The translations under genes were made by a program, and so were the position numbers. A stretch of DNA of 64,000 nucleotides from the IMG/VR virus record IMGVR_UViG_3300028197_001952, positions 13,602 through 77,601 of that record; one strand, 5' to 3'. Of the stretch, positions 31,500 to 43,200 are shown in pieces. The notes under the pieces are model-generated. The model was not told the origin of the DNA. It searched no databases and saw only the letters and a program-made list of their open reading frames with translations. The stretch comes from a virus. Position 1 is the stretch's first letter. Every line of letters begins with the position of its first letter.

Positions 31500-34400
31500 C
31501 TAATATTTTACGTTAGAGAATCCTTTTTCTTTTTTGATTGTCATCAAGTCATCTACTACATCTCTCATAGAATCTATGTGTGAGATAATCATTACGAAAT
31601 CAAATTGAGTTTTAAGGTATGTGAACAACATAAATAAAGATTGTAAGTTCTCACTATCTAAAGTACCAAATCCTTCATCTATAACGAGGAAATTAGGTCT
31701 AGGAAGGTTACATACATTTATAAGTGCAACTCGAATTGCCAATCCACTAATGAATCTTTCCATTCCACTACACATTTCTAAACTCCATCTCTGATCTGAG
31801 TATACCAAATAGGCATTAATATTCTTACCATCAATTTCTAATTGCATTCCGAAATCAACTATTTGACCTAGTATATTGTTTACTTCACCTTCAATCATTG
31901 GAAGTGCTTTTTCAATAAGTTCATACGAAACTCCATCTCTACCAAGAGCATTTAAATAATAATCAAATAATTTAGATTGAGATTCTAATTCTTTAACCTC
32001 AGTTACTCTATCTTCAATTGTTTCTTTTTGGTTTTGTAATGCTGATATTTTACCATTTAATGAAAGAATTTCTGAATTAGAGTTTTTAATCTGTTGTTTG
32101 ATTTTTTCCCAATCATGTCTAACATCTACAATCTCATCTCTGTATTCTCTATTCTTGTTAATTTGAGTTTCGTTCTTATAATATTCTTCAATAAGTTGCT
32201 CTTGTTGAGTCAATTGAGTAGAATTACGTAATTCTTCGGTTTCAATTGTTGATAACTTGTTAATAAGTCCTGATATTTCTCTATCAATTTTATCTTCTTT
32301 AGATTTTGCTTCTTGAAAATTAGCCCATTCTTTTTCATATGGAACTAAAGAATCAATTGATAATGTTACTTCAAGGTGTTGTTGGTTAAATTCATGTAAC
32401 TGAGATTCACCCTCTTTTATGTTAGAATCCACCTTTGCCTTCTGTTCTCTAATTGTTTGAGAGTTATCCATACAAACATCACATTCTTCATCATATTTGT
32501 GTGAATCTAAATGCTCTTTCCTTTCATACAAAGAATCTAATTTAATCTTAGTTTTTTCAACATCTGATTTTAAAGTCCTTTGTTTAACTCTAGATTCCTT
32601 TAATTTAGTAATTCCTTCTTCCAAATCATCCTCATCAAATTTATCTAAAATTTCATCAAGAGTAATTTGCAACTCTTCTCTATGTGTGATTCTATCTTGA
32701 ATAGAGTTTTTGGATACTTTTAAATCGTTCTGTTTACTTGAAAGTAGTTTTTTTCTTTTTTCTAATTCTTCAATAGAAACACCACTATCTGCATTTAACT
32801 TGACAATTTTTTCATTTAATTTAATTATTTCTTTGTTAAGTTTTTCCTCTTCTACTTTTGCAGAATCTTGTTGAATATCTAAGAGTTTATATTCTGATTT
32901 CTTTTCTTTTAATTCAATTGCAATATCTGCTAATTTCTGAGTGAAATCATCTTGCTTGAATTTTCTAATTAATGAAGCATTATCTCTATTTTCATCACCT
33001 GCTTGTTGATATAGTTTATCAAAAATATCTACACCAATAAATTGTGATAGAACTTCTTTTCGTTCACTTTGAGATTTATCAATAAATAATGCATTGTTTC
33101 CTTGTAAAGAAAGTGTAGTTAAAACAAAATCTTCAAACTTACCTAAATACCTTTCTATCTCTTTATTTGTATCTTTTCGTTGCTCTCCGTTTAGTGATTG
33201 AATAACCCCACCATCTTCTTTCCAAAAGTTTACATCCACTTTAACAGATGTACCTCTTCTAACATATTTTGCAACTCTTTCAATATAATAATCAACACCA
33301 TCTATCTCAAAGTTAAACTTACAATAAAACTTATCCTTTCGGTTGTTTAAGATGTTCTTAGAAACGTTTGTACGTGAAGTCTTATCATATATACAAAATG
33401 ATAATGCATCGAACAGAGAGGATTTACCAGAGGCATTAGGAGCGAAAATACCAACGATACCTTGGGCTCTATCAAATCTAATTAAATTATCTTCTCCATA
33501 TGAAAACATATTAGAAAACTGAAAATCCTTTGGTGTCCATAGAATATTCTCCGCTATCTTAGAATCATCTATTAAACCGTTCATTTGTTTGTTTATATCT
33601 GTTATCTGATTTAATTCATCATCACCTAACAAATATCTTCTTTCTAAATAATCTCGTATTAATTGGTTCTGAAATGTTTCTTCTTTAACATTACCAACTA
33701 TGTTTTTATTTAGTTTACTATTCTGTTTAAGTTGACCCATTGTATCAGTTCGTGTAACTGTTACTTCTGCAACTTTAAATATTTTCTTTAATTCTGTAAT
33801 ACGAAGTTTCATTTCTGCTCCTCCTGTATTTGTAAATCTCAATCTTAATCTTGGATTCTTTGGAAGTTTAGTACCAACCTCATCATACACCCATTGTGGT
33901 ATTTTTCCATCAACTACATCAACGGTAAGGAATCCATAATCATTGTGTATATGGTGTTCGGTAAATGTTCTTGTGGGAATATCCCAAAGTAGATAACCAT
34001 GATTCTCCAACATCTCCCCATGATTCTGCTGAACCATAGAACCTGCATATGCGATGTGTTCATATCCCTTACCAAAAGTTTGTCTTTTGTGAATATCACC
34101 CAACATAGCCATATCGAATCCATCAAACATATCTACTTGGAATGAGTTAGAAGAAACTACATATCCTATATCAGTTTGTGCTTTATTTACTGGTCCATGA
34201 AAAAGACAGATTGTATTTTCTTCTTTAATATCCTTACCCTTTGGCCAATTCTCCTTATCATCCAATATGGAATAGACAACAAAATTAAGATTGTAAATAG
34301 GATATACACCAGTATCACGAAGATAGTGGATACGAGGGTTGTTAAGATTTTGGACAATTGGTGTGAGTACATCAAGTCTGTGTGAATTATTTAAGTTACA

Positions 34401-34658
34401 ATCGTGGTTACCTGTAATTAATACAGTTTCTCTTAACTTCGCACACTCGGTGAGAAACCAAGATATTTCGTGTATAAGTTCAGGTGACATCTCAGTTTTA
34501 GCATGAGCAATATCACCAGCAATATAAATGAGGGAATCCTCAATTTTATCTTCTTTAACTTTTTTTAGGAATTTTTTGAATACCAATCTGTATTCTTTGT
34601 GCCTTTGTAGATTTCTAATGTGTAAATCCGCAAGGTGGTAAACCTTATTTATTATCAT
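31500..34658 (-). CDS. fused Mre11(SbcD/gp47)-Rad50(SbcC/gp46) nuclease-ATPase
   Basis: ADLH, AGD, GNHD and GDIH phosphoesterase motifs; Walker A PNASGKSS; CDVC zinc hook; CSGME; Walker B IDEGFGTLD; ISH. Confidence 0.92.
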   Translation of the reverse strand: MIINKVYHLADLHIRNLQRHKEYRLVFKKFLKKVKEDKIEDSLIYIAGDIAHAKTEMSPELIHEISWFLTECAKLRETVLITGNHDCNLNNSHRLDVLTPIVQNLNNPRIHYLRDTGVYPIYNLNFVVYSILDDKENWPKGKDIKEENTICLFHGPVNKAQTDIGYVVSSNSFQVDMFDGFDMAMLGDIHKRQTFGKGYEHIAYAGSMVQQNHGEMLENHGYLLWDIPTRTFTEHHIHNDYGFLTVDVVDGKIPQWVYDEVGTKLPKNPRLRLRFTNTGGAEMKLRITELKKIFKVAEVTVTRTDTMGQLKQNSKLNKNIVGNVKEETFQNQLIRDYLERRYLLGDDELNQITDINKQMNGLIDDSKIAENILWTPKDFQFSNMFSYGEDNLIRFDRAQGIVGIFAPNASGKSSLFDALSFCIYDKTSRTNVSKNILNNRKDKFYCKFNFEIDGVDYYIERVAKYVRRGTSVKVDVNFWKEDGGVIQSLNGEQRKDTNKEIERYLGKFEDFVLTTLSLQGNNALFIDKSQSERKEVLSQFIGVDIFDKLYQQAGDENRDNASLIRKFKQDDFTQKLADIAIELKEKKSEYKLLDIQQDSAKVEEEKLNKEIIKLNEKIVKLNADSGVSIEELEKRKKLLSSKQNDLKVSKNSIQDRITHREELQITLDEILDKFDEDDLEEGITKLKESRVKQRTLKSDVEKTKIKLDSLYERKEHLDSHKYDEECDVCMDNSQTIREQKAKVDSNIKEGESQLHEFNQQHLEVTLSIDSLVPYEKEWANFQEAKSKEDKIDREISGLINKLSTIETEELRNSTQLTQQEQLIEEYYKNETQINKNREYRDEIVDVRHDWEKIKQQIKNSNSEILSLNGKISALQNQKETIEDRVTEVKELESQSKLFDYYLNALGRDGVSYELIEKALPMIEGEVNNILGQIVDFGMQLEIDGKNINAYLVYSDQRWSLEMCSGMERFISGLAIRVALINVCNLPRPNFLVIDEGFGTLDSENLQSLFMLFTYLKTQFDFVMIISHIDSMRDVVDDLMTIKKEKGFSNVKY

Positions 34659-35596
34659 AAACCTTTTAATTTTTGTGATATTATATCACTAAATCCTGTT
34701 TGTTTGGATTCTTTTAATTTATTATTAACTTCTGAGAATCCCATATCAGATGCATCTTTACCGATTGGGATAATGTTTTTTGTATTAATACCTTGATTTG
34801 CAAATTGCATTGTATAGTGCAATGCTTGTCCTTGAGCATCTTCATCTAAAAATATATTTATAGATTTTACTCCTTTTTTATATATTTTTTCGTTTAGTTT
34901 TTTTGGTATGAATTTACCAAGTATAGGAATTGCATTTCGTTTAACTGCCATAGCATCAAATACTCCTTCTACTAAAGTTATAGGTTCATCCCAATTAATT
35001 TGATTTTCAAACATTATAACATTTTTAGAAACAGGTGGATTTTTGTATTTAAACGATTCATCAGGAAATACTGAACGTGCGATGAAGTAATTAATTCTGT
35101 TATCAGAATCATAAGATGGAATGATAATACGACCAGCGTAGTGTCCTCCATCACAATAACCAATGTTATATCTTCTAATATCTTGAGTGGTAAGGTTACG
35201 TTGTTTTGCATATTCAACTACCTTCTTGAACGTGGGATTAAACCCATTTGGTACTTTTAACAATGATTTAAATTCACTTGGTAAACGTAGTTCTACCTTT
35301 TCATCTTCGGTTTCTTTAGAATAAATTACATAATCATCTCCATAAATTTCATATATTTTTTTTAACTTATGTGTATTTACATTCAGTCGTTTTAATAATC
35401 TTTGTATTCGTTTTCCTTTTGCATCACATACCCAACAATGCCATTGTTGTGTCTTTAAGTTAATTTGTAACTTTTTCTTATGATGATGACAAAAAGGACA
35501 ATAGTGGGCTTGTTCATCATTTTTCATAGATGTACCAATCCCCAAAGTATCATTTAATATATTAATAACCTCTTGTCTTTCGTGATGGGAAAGCAT
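34655..35596 (-). CDS. DNA primase (Zn-ribbon + TOPRIM)
   Basis: CPFC...CWVC, RIIIP, KYKNP, VEGVFDA and DED. Confidence 0.88.
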   Translation of the reverse strand: MLSHHERQEVINILNDTLGIGTSMKNDEQAHYCPFCHHHKKKLQINLKTQQWHCWVCDAKGKRIQRLLKRLNVNTHKLKKIYEIYGDDYVIYSKETEDEKVELRLPSEFKSLLKVPNGFNPTFKKVVEYAKQRNLTTQDIRRYNIGYCDGGHYAGRIIIPSYDSDNRINYFIARSVFPDESFKYKNPPVSKNVIMFENQINWDEPITLVEGVFDAMAVKRNAIPILGKFIPKKLNEKIYKKGVKSINIFLDEDAQGQALHYTMQFANQGINTKNIIPIGKDASDMGFSEVNNKLKESKQTGFSDIISQKLKGL

Positions 35597-35614
35597 ATTT
35601 TATCTTTTAATAGT

Positions 35615-35740
35615 GTAAATATACGAAATTAAATCCACATATCCTAATTTTATTAATAATTTTTCGTCAATGGTCTTAAGACATGTTAAAATGTTTTTAC
35701 CCATATGATGTAATATACGAAATTATTCTGATATATCCAA
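35615..35740 (-). promoter_or_regulatory. two tandem host-type promoters upstream of primase
   Basis: TTGG-atatatcagaataattt-CGTATATTAC and TAGG-atatgtggatttaattt-CGTATATTTAC. Confidence 0.65.
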
Positions 35741-36187
35741 GTCTTTTCTGAAAAACTTTCCTAAAAGGTTATCGTTTAATGATAACTCATCAGCTAATAC
35801 GTTACTTGAAAACTGTTCTTGTAGTTCATAGTAAGTTAATGATTTCTTATTTGAACAAAATTTAAGTATTTTTAATTCAAGTCTATCATTAGAAGGTGGA
35901 TTTGCTCTTCCATCTTTATCAAACCAACCACTAACGATTTTGTTTGAAGAACGATAATCTACCCAATTGGATTCTTTGGTAACCATTTCATATCGTTTCA
36001 TTCTCTTATCTGTTAATTTAGCAATCTCTTTTTTACCAAACTTTCTCTTACGAGTAGATTGTACTTGTTTTTTACCGATGTAATATTCACCAGTTAATCC
36101 ATTTGTTATTTTGTATATAAACCCATGTGTGCCTTCTGGCATATCATGTAGTTCGTTTATTACTTTACCTTGGTAGGTCCATGTCAT
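35723..36187 (-). CDS. GIY-YIG family endonuclease
   Basis: GFIYKITN..YYIGKK..ESNWVDYRSS. Start placed at MTWTY. Confidence 0.7.
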   Translation of the reverse strand: MTWTYQGKVINELHDMPEGTHGFIYKITNGLTGEYYIGKKQVQSTRKRKFGKKEIAKLTDKRMKRYEMVTKESNWVDYRSSNKIVSGWFDKDGRANPPSNDRLELKILKFCSNKKSLTYYELQEQFSSNVLADELSLNDNLLGKFFRKDLDISE

Positions 36188-36743
36188 AGTTAAATATTTT
36201 GAAATCATCTTTGTACCTTTCTTTGACCCAATCTATCATCCATTCTTCTGTAAAGAAGTTTCTATAATAATTTTCTTGATTTAAAGTAGGATGTGTATCG
36301 TAAATTGGATTACGGTTAAGATGCGGAATAGTTGAAGTACAATTTAATTTATTTAGTATATGTGCTACATCTTTCCCATAATTTTCATAATGAGCCACAT
36401 ATGTTATTTTTCTGTGTTTTGTCTTTCCCGCATTAATGTAGTAACTTTGGGGGAGAATCCATTGATGAAATGGATTAGATTTTTCTAAAAACTCACCAAA
36501 TGAATAGTTGTGTGTTTTTTTTCTAAGTTCATGATTATACGCTGAGGCAATTCGTGTGTACGGATTTCTTACTATTGTAAAAATGTAATAATCCGGTGAA
36601 TCATCTACCCATCTAATTGAATCATGACCTGTTATTTGATTCGTACCACCTATGTTTCGTATGATGGAAGATAATGATGTTCCACCAGTTTTAGGTATAT
36701 GAATAAATGCCCATTTTTCAGAACTATTTATCAGTAAACTCAA
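36165..36743 (-). CDS. carbohydrate sulfotransferase (Sulfotransfer_2; CHST/HNK-1-like)
   Basis: FIHIPKTGGTS, FTIVRNPYTRIASAY and YKDDFKIFNY. Confidence 0.85.
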   Translation of the reverse strand: MSLLINSSEKWAFIHIPKTGGTSLSSIIRNIGGTNQITGHDSIRWVDDSPDYYIFTIVRNPYTRIASAYNHELRKKTHNYSFGEFLEKSNPFHQWILPQSYYINAGKTKHRKITYVAHYENYGKDVAHILNKLNCTSTIPHLNRNPIYDTHPTLNQENYYRNFFTEEWMIDWVKERYKDDFKIFNYDMDLPR

Positions 36744-36752
36744 ATTATTGGC

Positions 36753-36935
36753 TTATCGTTCTACTGAGTCAGAATATTTTGCTTGGTTTAGTTTACCACC
36801 ACGAGCTGTTGCTAAAGCTTTATCGTCTTTATGTAGTTTATTAACCATATCAGCTGAAGTTGGTGTCTTATCCGCATTCGAACCATTTAACTTTGCAAAT
36901 TCTGATTTGCTATACATGTCTTGTATTGATCCCAT
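36753..36935 (-). CDS. small hypothetical late protein
   Basis: 60-aa ORF downstream of a late motif. Confidence 0.5.
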   Translation of the reverse strand: MGSIQDMYSKSEFAKLNGSNADKTPTSADMVNKLHKDDKALATARGGKLNQAKYSDSVER

Positions 36936-37023
36936 AATATTGTTTTATTTTTATTTGTAAGATATATTAAAACCTTCTCATATAAATATGGTAAATTTAA
37001 TTAAACCGATTTATGAATTACCT

Positions 37024-38178
37024 TTATGTATCTAAACGAACAAGGAAATTCAAATCATAATCTGGTAGGTTCTTAATTGGTTGTGGTAATTTAGCTATTG
37101 CAATCATATCACCATCTTCATCATAAATTCCTATTGTTGATATAAATGGAGTTAAATACGAACCAGTTGGGTCGTATGATGCAGATGCATCATAATCATC
37201 CCATGAACCACTTACTGATGGATTTACAGAACCACTAATATATTCAACTTGTTCTATTCTATCAATTACTGTTATTTTCTGTGATCCTGAAATTATTCCT
37301 GTATCTGCAGTTATTTCAGTTTCATATGAACCACTAATATCCATTACTACCGCAGATGGAGATTGTGAAAAATTAAACTCTCCTGATTTAGCAGTTAGTA
37401 ATATTTCTAGTTCACTAATAGTTTTAGTTGATTTAAAATCCATTGTATAACTACTAAATTGTGTTGCAGCATCATTAAGTATAACTAATCCTTCAGAGTA
37501 TATCACATTACCAAATCGTATTTGATCAATATCTTGTCCATCAAAATCAAGAGCTAATTCAAACTGAATACTACCTTCTTCCAAATCTATACTCATTAAA
37601 TATATAGTATCAGTATCATTACCGAAGGTCATCTTTACGAGTCCAGATTCTAAATCAAGTGCAGCTGCATCATTTAAAGAGAATAATGTTCCTGTAAATG
37701 TTTCACCCTCCGAGTCTACTATAATAATTTCACCAGTTTCTAAATTAATTGATGATATTACATATTTTGCAAATCTAGAAGTTATATTTCCATTTCCATC
37801 ATCAGAATATTCAGTTTCATTTGTTAAATCTTTTATAGTAAGAGAGTTTGGTTGTATACCTTCTCCATATTTTTTCTGAGGTATTATTATCACATATCCT
37901 GTTGTGCCAATTATTCTTTCCTGTTTTTCACCAATGTTTTCCATCCTACCATGTAGTAAAAATGGATTAGATATCTCAGTATAATATTTAGATTTTATTG
38001 ATTGGAATAAAGGATATGTATATAATCCTTCTTGTTGAGTTGCAGTTTCTTTATCAAAGTTAGCTGATTTGATTAATGAACCTGATATTATAGGATATTC
38101 TGCGCTTGAAACTGTCCAAGCTTTATTAACTTGAAATGCCCTTTTGGAAATACTTGATTTTGGTATTGTCTTTAACAT
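37024..38178 (-). CDS. virion structural protein (baseplate/tail)
   Basis: C-terminal TIGIYD..GDMIAIAKLPQPI is shared with the next gene; SGS-rich. Confidence 0.65.
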   Translation of the reverse strand: MLKTIPKSSISKRAFQVNKAWTVSSAEYPIISGSLIKSANFDKETATQQEGLYTYPLFQSIKSKYYTEISNPFLLHGRMENIGEKQERIIGTTGYVIIIPQKKYGEGIQPNSLTIKDLTNETEYSDDGNGNITSRFAKYVISSINLETGEIIIVDSEGETFTGTLFSLNDAAALDLESGLVKMTFGNDTDTIYLMSIDLEEGSIQFELALDFDGQDIDQIRFGNVIYSEGLVILNDAATQFSSYTMDFKSTKTISELEILLTAKSGEFNFSQSPSAVVMDISGSYETEITADTGIISGSQKITVIDRIEQVEYISGSVNPSVSGSWDDYDASASYDPTGSYLTPFISTIGIYDEDGDMIAIAKLPQPIKNLPDYDLNFLVRLDT

Positions 38179-38214
38179 ATAGATTTAACTCCTCTATATA
38201 AATATACTAAAACA

Positions 38215-38241
38215 AAAAACCCCACTTTATAGGTGAGGTCT
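38215..38241 (-). terminator. intrinsic terminator
   Basis: Minus strand ACCTCAC-ctataaa-GTGGGGT followed by a T-tract. Confidence 0.7.
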
Positions 38242-38264
38242 TTATTGATTAAGGGGTATTATTT

Positions 38265-39488
38265 TTAAAAATCTAATTTAACTTTTATTAGTACTTCTTT
38301 ATCGTATGATTTAGGAATCGGTTGTGATGTTTTAGCCACCGCAATAATTTCATTAGCATCATTCATCAATCCAATTGTTGTAATAAATGTTCTTGGGTCT
38401 TTTTCAAATGTTGATTCAACAAATGAATTATCAGAACCAGTTACAAATGTAGGATTGTTTGAGAAGTTAAACTCTCTGTTTGTAGCTCTTACAAAGAAAT
38501 GAGAAGTAGAAACATTTTCTGTTCTTCTTGCTTGGAAATCACCACCACCTTTAAGTGCGTTATGTAGAAGGTAATGATTTTGCCCTTCATATGCAGTTCC
38601 TGCATATAGAGATGCTCCTCTATTTGAACCACTGTCTATTGATGTTCCGATTAAAGAATGAACAGCAACAGGATTAAGTACAACCAACCCTTGGTCTGGA
38701 TAAAATCTACCTAAACCAGCTCCGTTTGAAGCAGTTATAGAGTTAATTGTTGCTTCGTTTTCAGTTCCTAAGTTTAATGAACCACTTGCTACATTAAATA
38801 CTCTACCTGATTTTCCTACATCATCTGAGAATTTCTTTCCACTATCATCAATTAGAGTGTGTGTTCCTGTAGAACCACTTAAAATCATTGACCAGTTTCC
38901 AGCATCCATTTTTTCCTTATAACGAGCACGAGAAACATTTACAACATAAATATCATTTGCATTAGTTTCTGCACCAAGGTTATCTGTGAATGTGAAAAAC
39001 TCTTCACCAGCATCTAATAATATAGATTTGTATTGTGCGTAAGTTGCTTTACTTGCTAACGTTGATGAATCAGATGTTGTTAAATCAACAGAACCACTTG
39101 CAAATTTATGTCCATATGCAACTGCATATTGTACAGCTGCTGAACTTATAGTAGCAGGGTCTTTATCATATACATTAACATAGTAGTTTTTACTAGCAGC
39201 GGTTTGTGCTGATGATGTGTTGAAAGTACTTAAACTTCCAGTATCACCACTCCAAAGACCTGTTGTTACAACTTCTATCTTTCCGTTTACTTGATCAAAT
39301 TCACCAAATCTTTTATAGATACCATTAGAGATAGAACCTCCAGTTGCACCTAATTTATCTCCACCTGATAGGTATTGATTGGTGATTTTCATTATTTGCT
39401 CAGAGGTCAAATTACCTTGATTAGCATCTAGATAGTTTGCTAATTCCTGTGATAAATTTGTTCCAGCTTGTCCGTTTATTTGTGCCAT
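38265..39488 (-). CDS. virion structural protein (paralog of 37024-38178)
   Basis: EFNFSNNP and TTIGLMND..EIIAVAKTSQPI. Confidence 0.65.
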   Translation of the reverse strand: MAQINGQAGTNLSQELANYLDANQGNLTSEQIMKITNQYLSGGDKLGATGGSISNGIYKRFGEFDQVNGKIEVVTTGLWSGDTGSLSTFNTSSAQTAASKNYYVNVYDKDPATISSAAVQYAVAYGHKFASGSVDLTTSDSSTLASKATYAQYKSILLDAGEEFFTFTDNLGAETNANDIYVVNVSRARYKEKMDAGNWSMILSGSTGTHTLIDDSGKKFSDDVGKSGRVFNVASGSLNLGTENEATINSITASNGAGLGRFYPDQGLVVLNPVAVHSLIGTSIDSGSNRGASLYAGTAYEGQNHYLLHNALKGGGDFQARRTENVSTSHFFVRATNREFNFSNNPTFVTGSDNSFVESTFEKDPRTFITTIGLMNDANEIIAVAKTSQPIPKSYDKEVLIKVKLDF

Positions 39489-39533
39489 GTTTCTTTTTTC
39501 TCTCTATTAGTTTATTTTATTACCATCTAAAAA

Positions 39534-40181
39534 TTATAATCTTCTATCCCTTACAAAAGGTTGTTTTAGAATTACTTCTACCGGTATAGTTTGTGAACCA
39601 CCAGTTTCGTTTCCGTAAACGGTAATAGTTGTTTTGATACTTTGTGTTAAATTTGGGTTTGGAATAAAAACAAAATTTAATCCAGTTTCAATAGCCGCAG
39701 TTGCAGTTAATTCATCACCTAAAAATGTTGGTGTTGTTCCTGCTCCAGCTGCTAATCCTTGTCCAACTATAGAACCTGCGTTCTTGTTAGCTAATATCAT
39801 AGTATATCCACTTTGTGTGTTACCACTAGGTGAAGTTGTTGGGGAAAGTGCTACTTTACCAGATTCAGGTCCTACCTTTAAACTTGGAATACCAAATTCT
39901 ACTTTAGGAATCTTAACAGTTCCTTTTGGTAAAGTTACCAATTTATATTTTAATACTTGTGTTTCATCTGGAGAAGCTTCCGTAATTGGAATTGCTTTGA
40001 TTGCTGCATCATAAAATGCACTACCCTTTGGGTGTGCTGGTTCATATAATGTGTAATCTACCTCATCATCACCTAATGCGAATTTTGAGATACTAAGTCC
40101 TTCACCTGCTGCTAGCTTTTCTCTACCCTTTTTGGTAAGAATAGCATCAACTGTTATTTCTGCGTTATTTAAATAAGCCAT
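39534..40181 (-). CDS. baseplate / fibre-attachment structural protein
   Basis: VDAILTKKGREKLA...KFALGDDEVDY resembles the N-terminus of tail-collar/fibre-anchoring proteins. Confidence 0.6.
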   Translation of the reverse strand: MAYLNNAEITVDAILTKKGREKLAAGEGLSISKFALGDDEVDYTLYEPAHPKGSAFYDAAIKAIPITEASPDETQVLKYKLVTLPKGTVKIPKVEFGIPSLKVGPESGKVALSPTTSPSGNTQSGYTMILANKNAGSIVGQGLAAGAGTTPTFLGDELTATAAIETGLNFVFIPNPNLTQSIKTTITVYGNETGGSQTIPVEVILKQPFVRDRRL

Positions 40182-40262
40182 AATGTAATTTTCCCTTTGT
40201 TATTCAATATATAAATATAAGGATTTAATAAAATCATTTAATTTATAAATTATTTTTTGTTA

Positions 40263-43200
40263 TTAATCTACTTCTAAGATAGGTTCACCACTTCCTCTAC
40301 CACTATCAGATACTCTTAATGTATTCGGATTAGTTGTAAATGTTTGTACAGGAGAACCACCATCTAAAGTAGTTTTACTTGTTTGTTTAGAACCATTTGA
40401 GAATGAATTTTCCAATCCACTTGTTAAATCGCCAACGTTTCTATAATGATATGGTACATAACCATCTAATGGTACAACACTAACAATATTATTACCTGTT
40501 ATTGAACCAGAATCTGCAAAATTTCTAAAACTTATTTTTTTTCTTTCGAATGTTTGTGTTACAAAATGTCTTCCCATCGATGAATCTGATGAATTTATGT
40601 TTTCTGGAACATCTACCGTATAACTTTCTGTTATAACGTCAACTCTCTTTCTTACTTTGTAGAAATTATTATCTTTATCTAGTTTAGTAATAATAGCATG
40701 TCCGTTTTCACCATATAAACCAAAACCAGCTACTGTTAGTGAATCGGGATCCATACCCACTTGATTAAAAATAGTTCCATCAAACTCACCTTGAATAGAA
40801 CCAGTAATAGATGCATCTATATTAAATGATATTCCTGCCATATCAGAACCACTATTTCTTGTAATAAACCCTTGTTCTTTTGTTAAGTTATTTATATCCA
40901 ATGTTGCATTAATAGTTTGATATGAACCTACTAAGTTAGTTGAAGTTGTTGAATCTACCAATCCATTAAAGTCATTTTTATTACCTTTTAACTTAGTATC
41001 ATCTTGTGCAGATAATTTACCCGATACAACATTATCTGTAGATTTAATGGTGTGCTCTACCTTTACTACTCCTGCATGGTTATGAGGTGATGCCGTTGTA
41101 GGTCTTTGTTCTATCTTACTTCTTTCAAGAATGTGAGGAGATATTAGTATACCAGTTGCTACTTTTGCTCTTGCTGGTACAAGTGATTCTAATACATCGA
41201 ATAAAGATTTATCTATATATCTAACTAATTGAATATATTCTCCAATATTTAAATTAAATCTTTTAAAGTAATAATTTCTTAATTTAGATAGTTCACCATA
41301 TTCTGTTTTAAATGCATCACCAGGATCTCCAATGTAATTATCTATTTCAAAACCACCAAGTGATTTCATAATATCTAAATTAATTTCTTTGGTAGGTGAG
41401 AAAAACAATCCTAATTTATCAGAATCAAGTGGTGCTTGGTCTAATGATTTTTTAGTAGCTCTACTTCTGTATGATAAATCTGTTATTTTAGTTTGGGTTT
41501 CAAATCTTACTTTATTACCAGGTGCAAATCCACTAGATGGTACTTGTGCAGTTACACTTCTATCATACACAACATATTGATGTGGATAATCGGTAATTGA
41601 TGTAAAGTTAGAAGCAGTTACAAATGAACTATATGTTGTATCTATTGAAACATTCTTAATAGATGTATCTCCCGCTGAACTTCTATCCTTTGGATATTCA
41701 AAATCTAATCTAAGTAATAAATCTTCAGTAGATGATGATATGTGATTTCCATTAATAGCTTCTGGCATTAATGTATGGTCTTTAATTACAGATTCACTCA
41801 AAGGAGCAGACCATAATCTAAATTCATCGATAGAACCAGTTAACGTAGAACCACCAAGTGTTAATACATTTCCAGATTCCCATCCACTACTTCCACTTGG
41901 AGTTGATATCGCAGTAAAAGCAGTATTTCGTATTCTTCCATCTACTCCCTCCTTCAAATAAACATTAAATGTATCTTCTGTACTTCCTGTAATTCTATTT
42001 ACATTAATCTGTGCGTACTCATCATTAAATACTACAACTTGTTCTGTTGAAGATGATACATAAGTAGCTCCATTTAATATGTTAAATGTTAATTTAGCAA
42101 GTGAACCAGAATCAAGATAATCAAGATCTAAACTCCATCCATTTGCACTTATTAATCTTTGGTCTTTTTTCTGATTTGTATTTAATCTAAATTCTACTGA
42201 GTTTGGATAATATTCTTTATGAGATTTCCATGGTACTACTATAGAATTACTTCCACTAATATTAATTGAAGATGTTCTATCGTCATATGTAAATGTACTA
42301 GTTCCATTCCCAGGTTGAGGTCCTCCAAATTCCATTACAGTCAACATTGACTGTGGGATTCCATAACAACTTAATGCAGCTGATATAGCTCTTCGTGTAC
42401 CTTTATTTTTTTGTAGATATGGTAAGTTATTAAGCAATCTTCTCCATATTTCATTTTGCCTATCCTTACCACTCATTGTGGTTGCAGTAGAACCATCTGA
42501 ATTCTTACCAAATGCATATTCCCAAAGTGTTTGAGATTGTGCACCCATATCAGCATCCCATCCTAGGGATTCTAACATGTGATAAATTAACTTATCATTA
42601 ATTCCGTTTTCAAACTTATGTTCTAATTGTTTTGTTTGAGATATTCCCTTTATATGTAACCACAACACATCAAAGTGTTGTCCTACCATATCAAAGAATA
42701 ATGGGAAAGTAGATCCTTCTGGATCATTTTTTATATGTAGTGGTAAGTTATTAACTAACCTAGAACTATTATCTGCATCGAAATTAGAAGCACTTACAAT
42801 CGTATTTTCATACCAGTTTAATGATGCTTGATGTGTTGATGCTGATAATGCATTCTGTCCTGCTCCTGGATATGTAATATTACTTATAGATGAACTTGTG
42901 AATAAGAATTTTTCAAAAGAATCAAATCCTTTTTTTACTTCACTTATCTTACCAAGTGTTCTTTGTGCTTCATTTGTTACTGCAACTGAACTTGATGCGG
43001 CTCCTGTGATATTACTTGATACTCCACCAAATTCAATAGAACTTCCGGATACCAATCCACCATATCGTTCTTCATATGATTGAATTAGTTTAACCTTATA
43101 AACAAAGTTTTCAACTCTCTCTACAGCAGATGAATATTTTACAAAATTACCAAAATCGATTGACCTACTAGGGTGTTCTAAGGAATATGTTCCTGTTGAA

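Noticed and set aside
35600-35704. 34-aa minus-strand ORF between the tandem promoters
   Set aside because: Its C-terminal half is just the translated promoter. A similar IKLG...ISYI peptide appears in the spurious 5' extension at 61788-61910.
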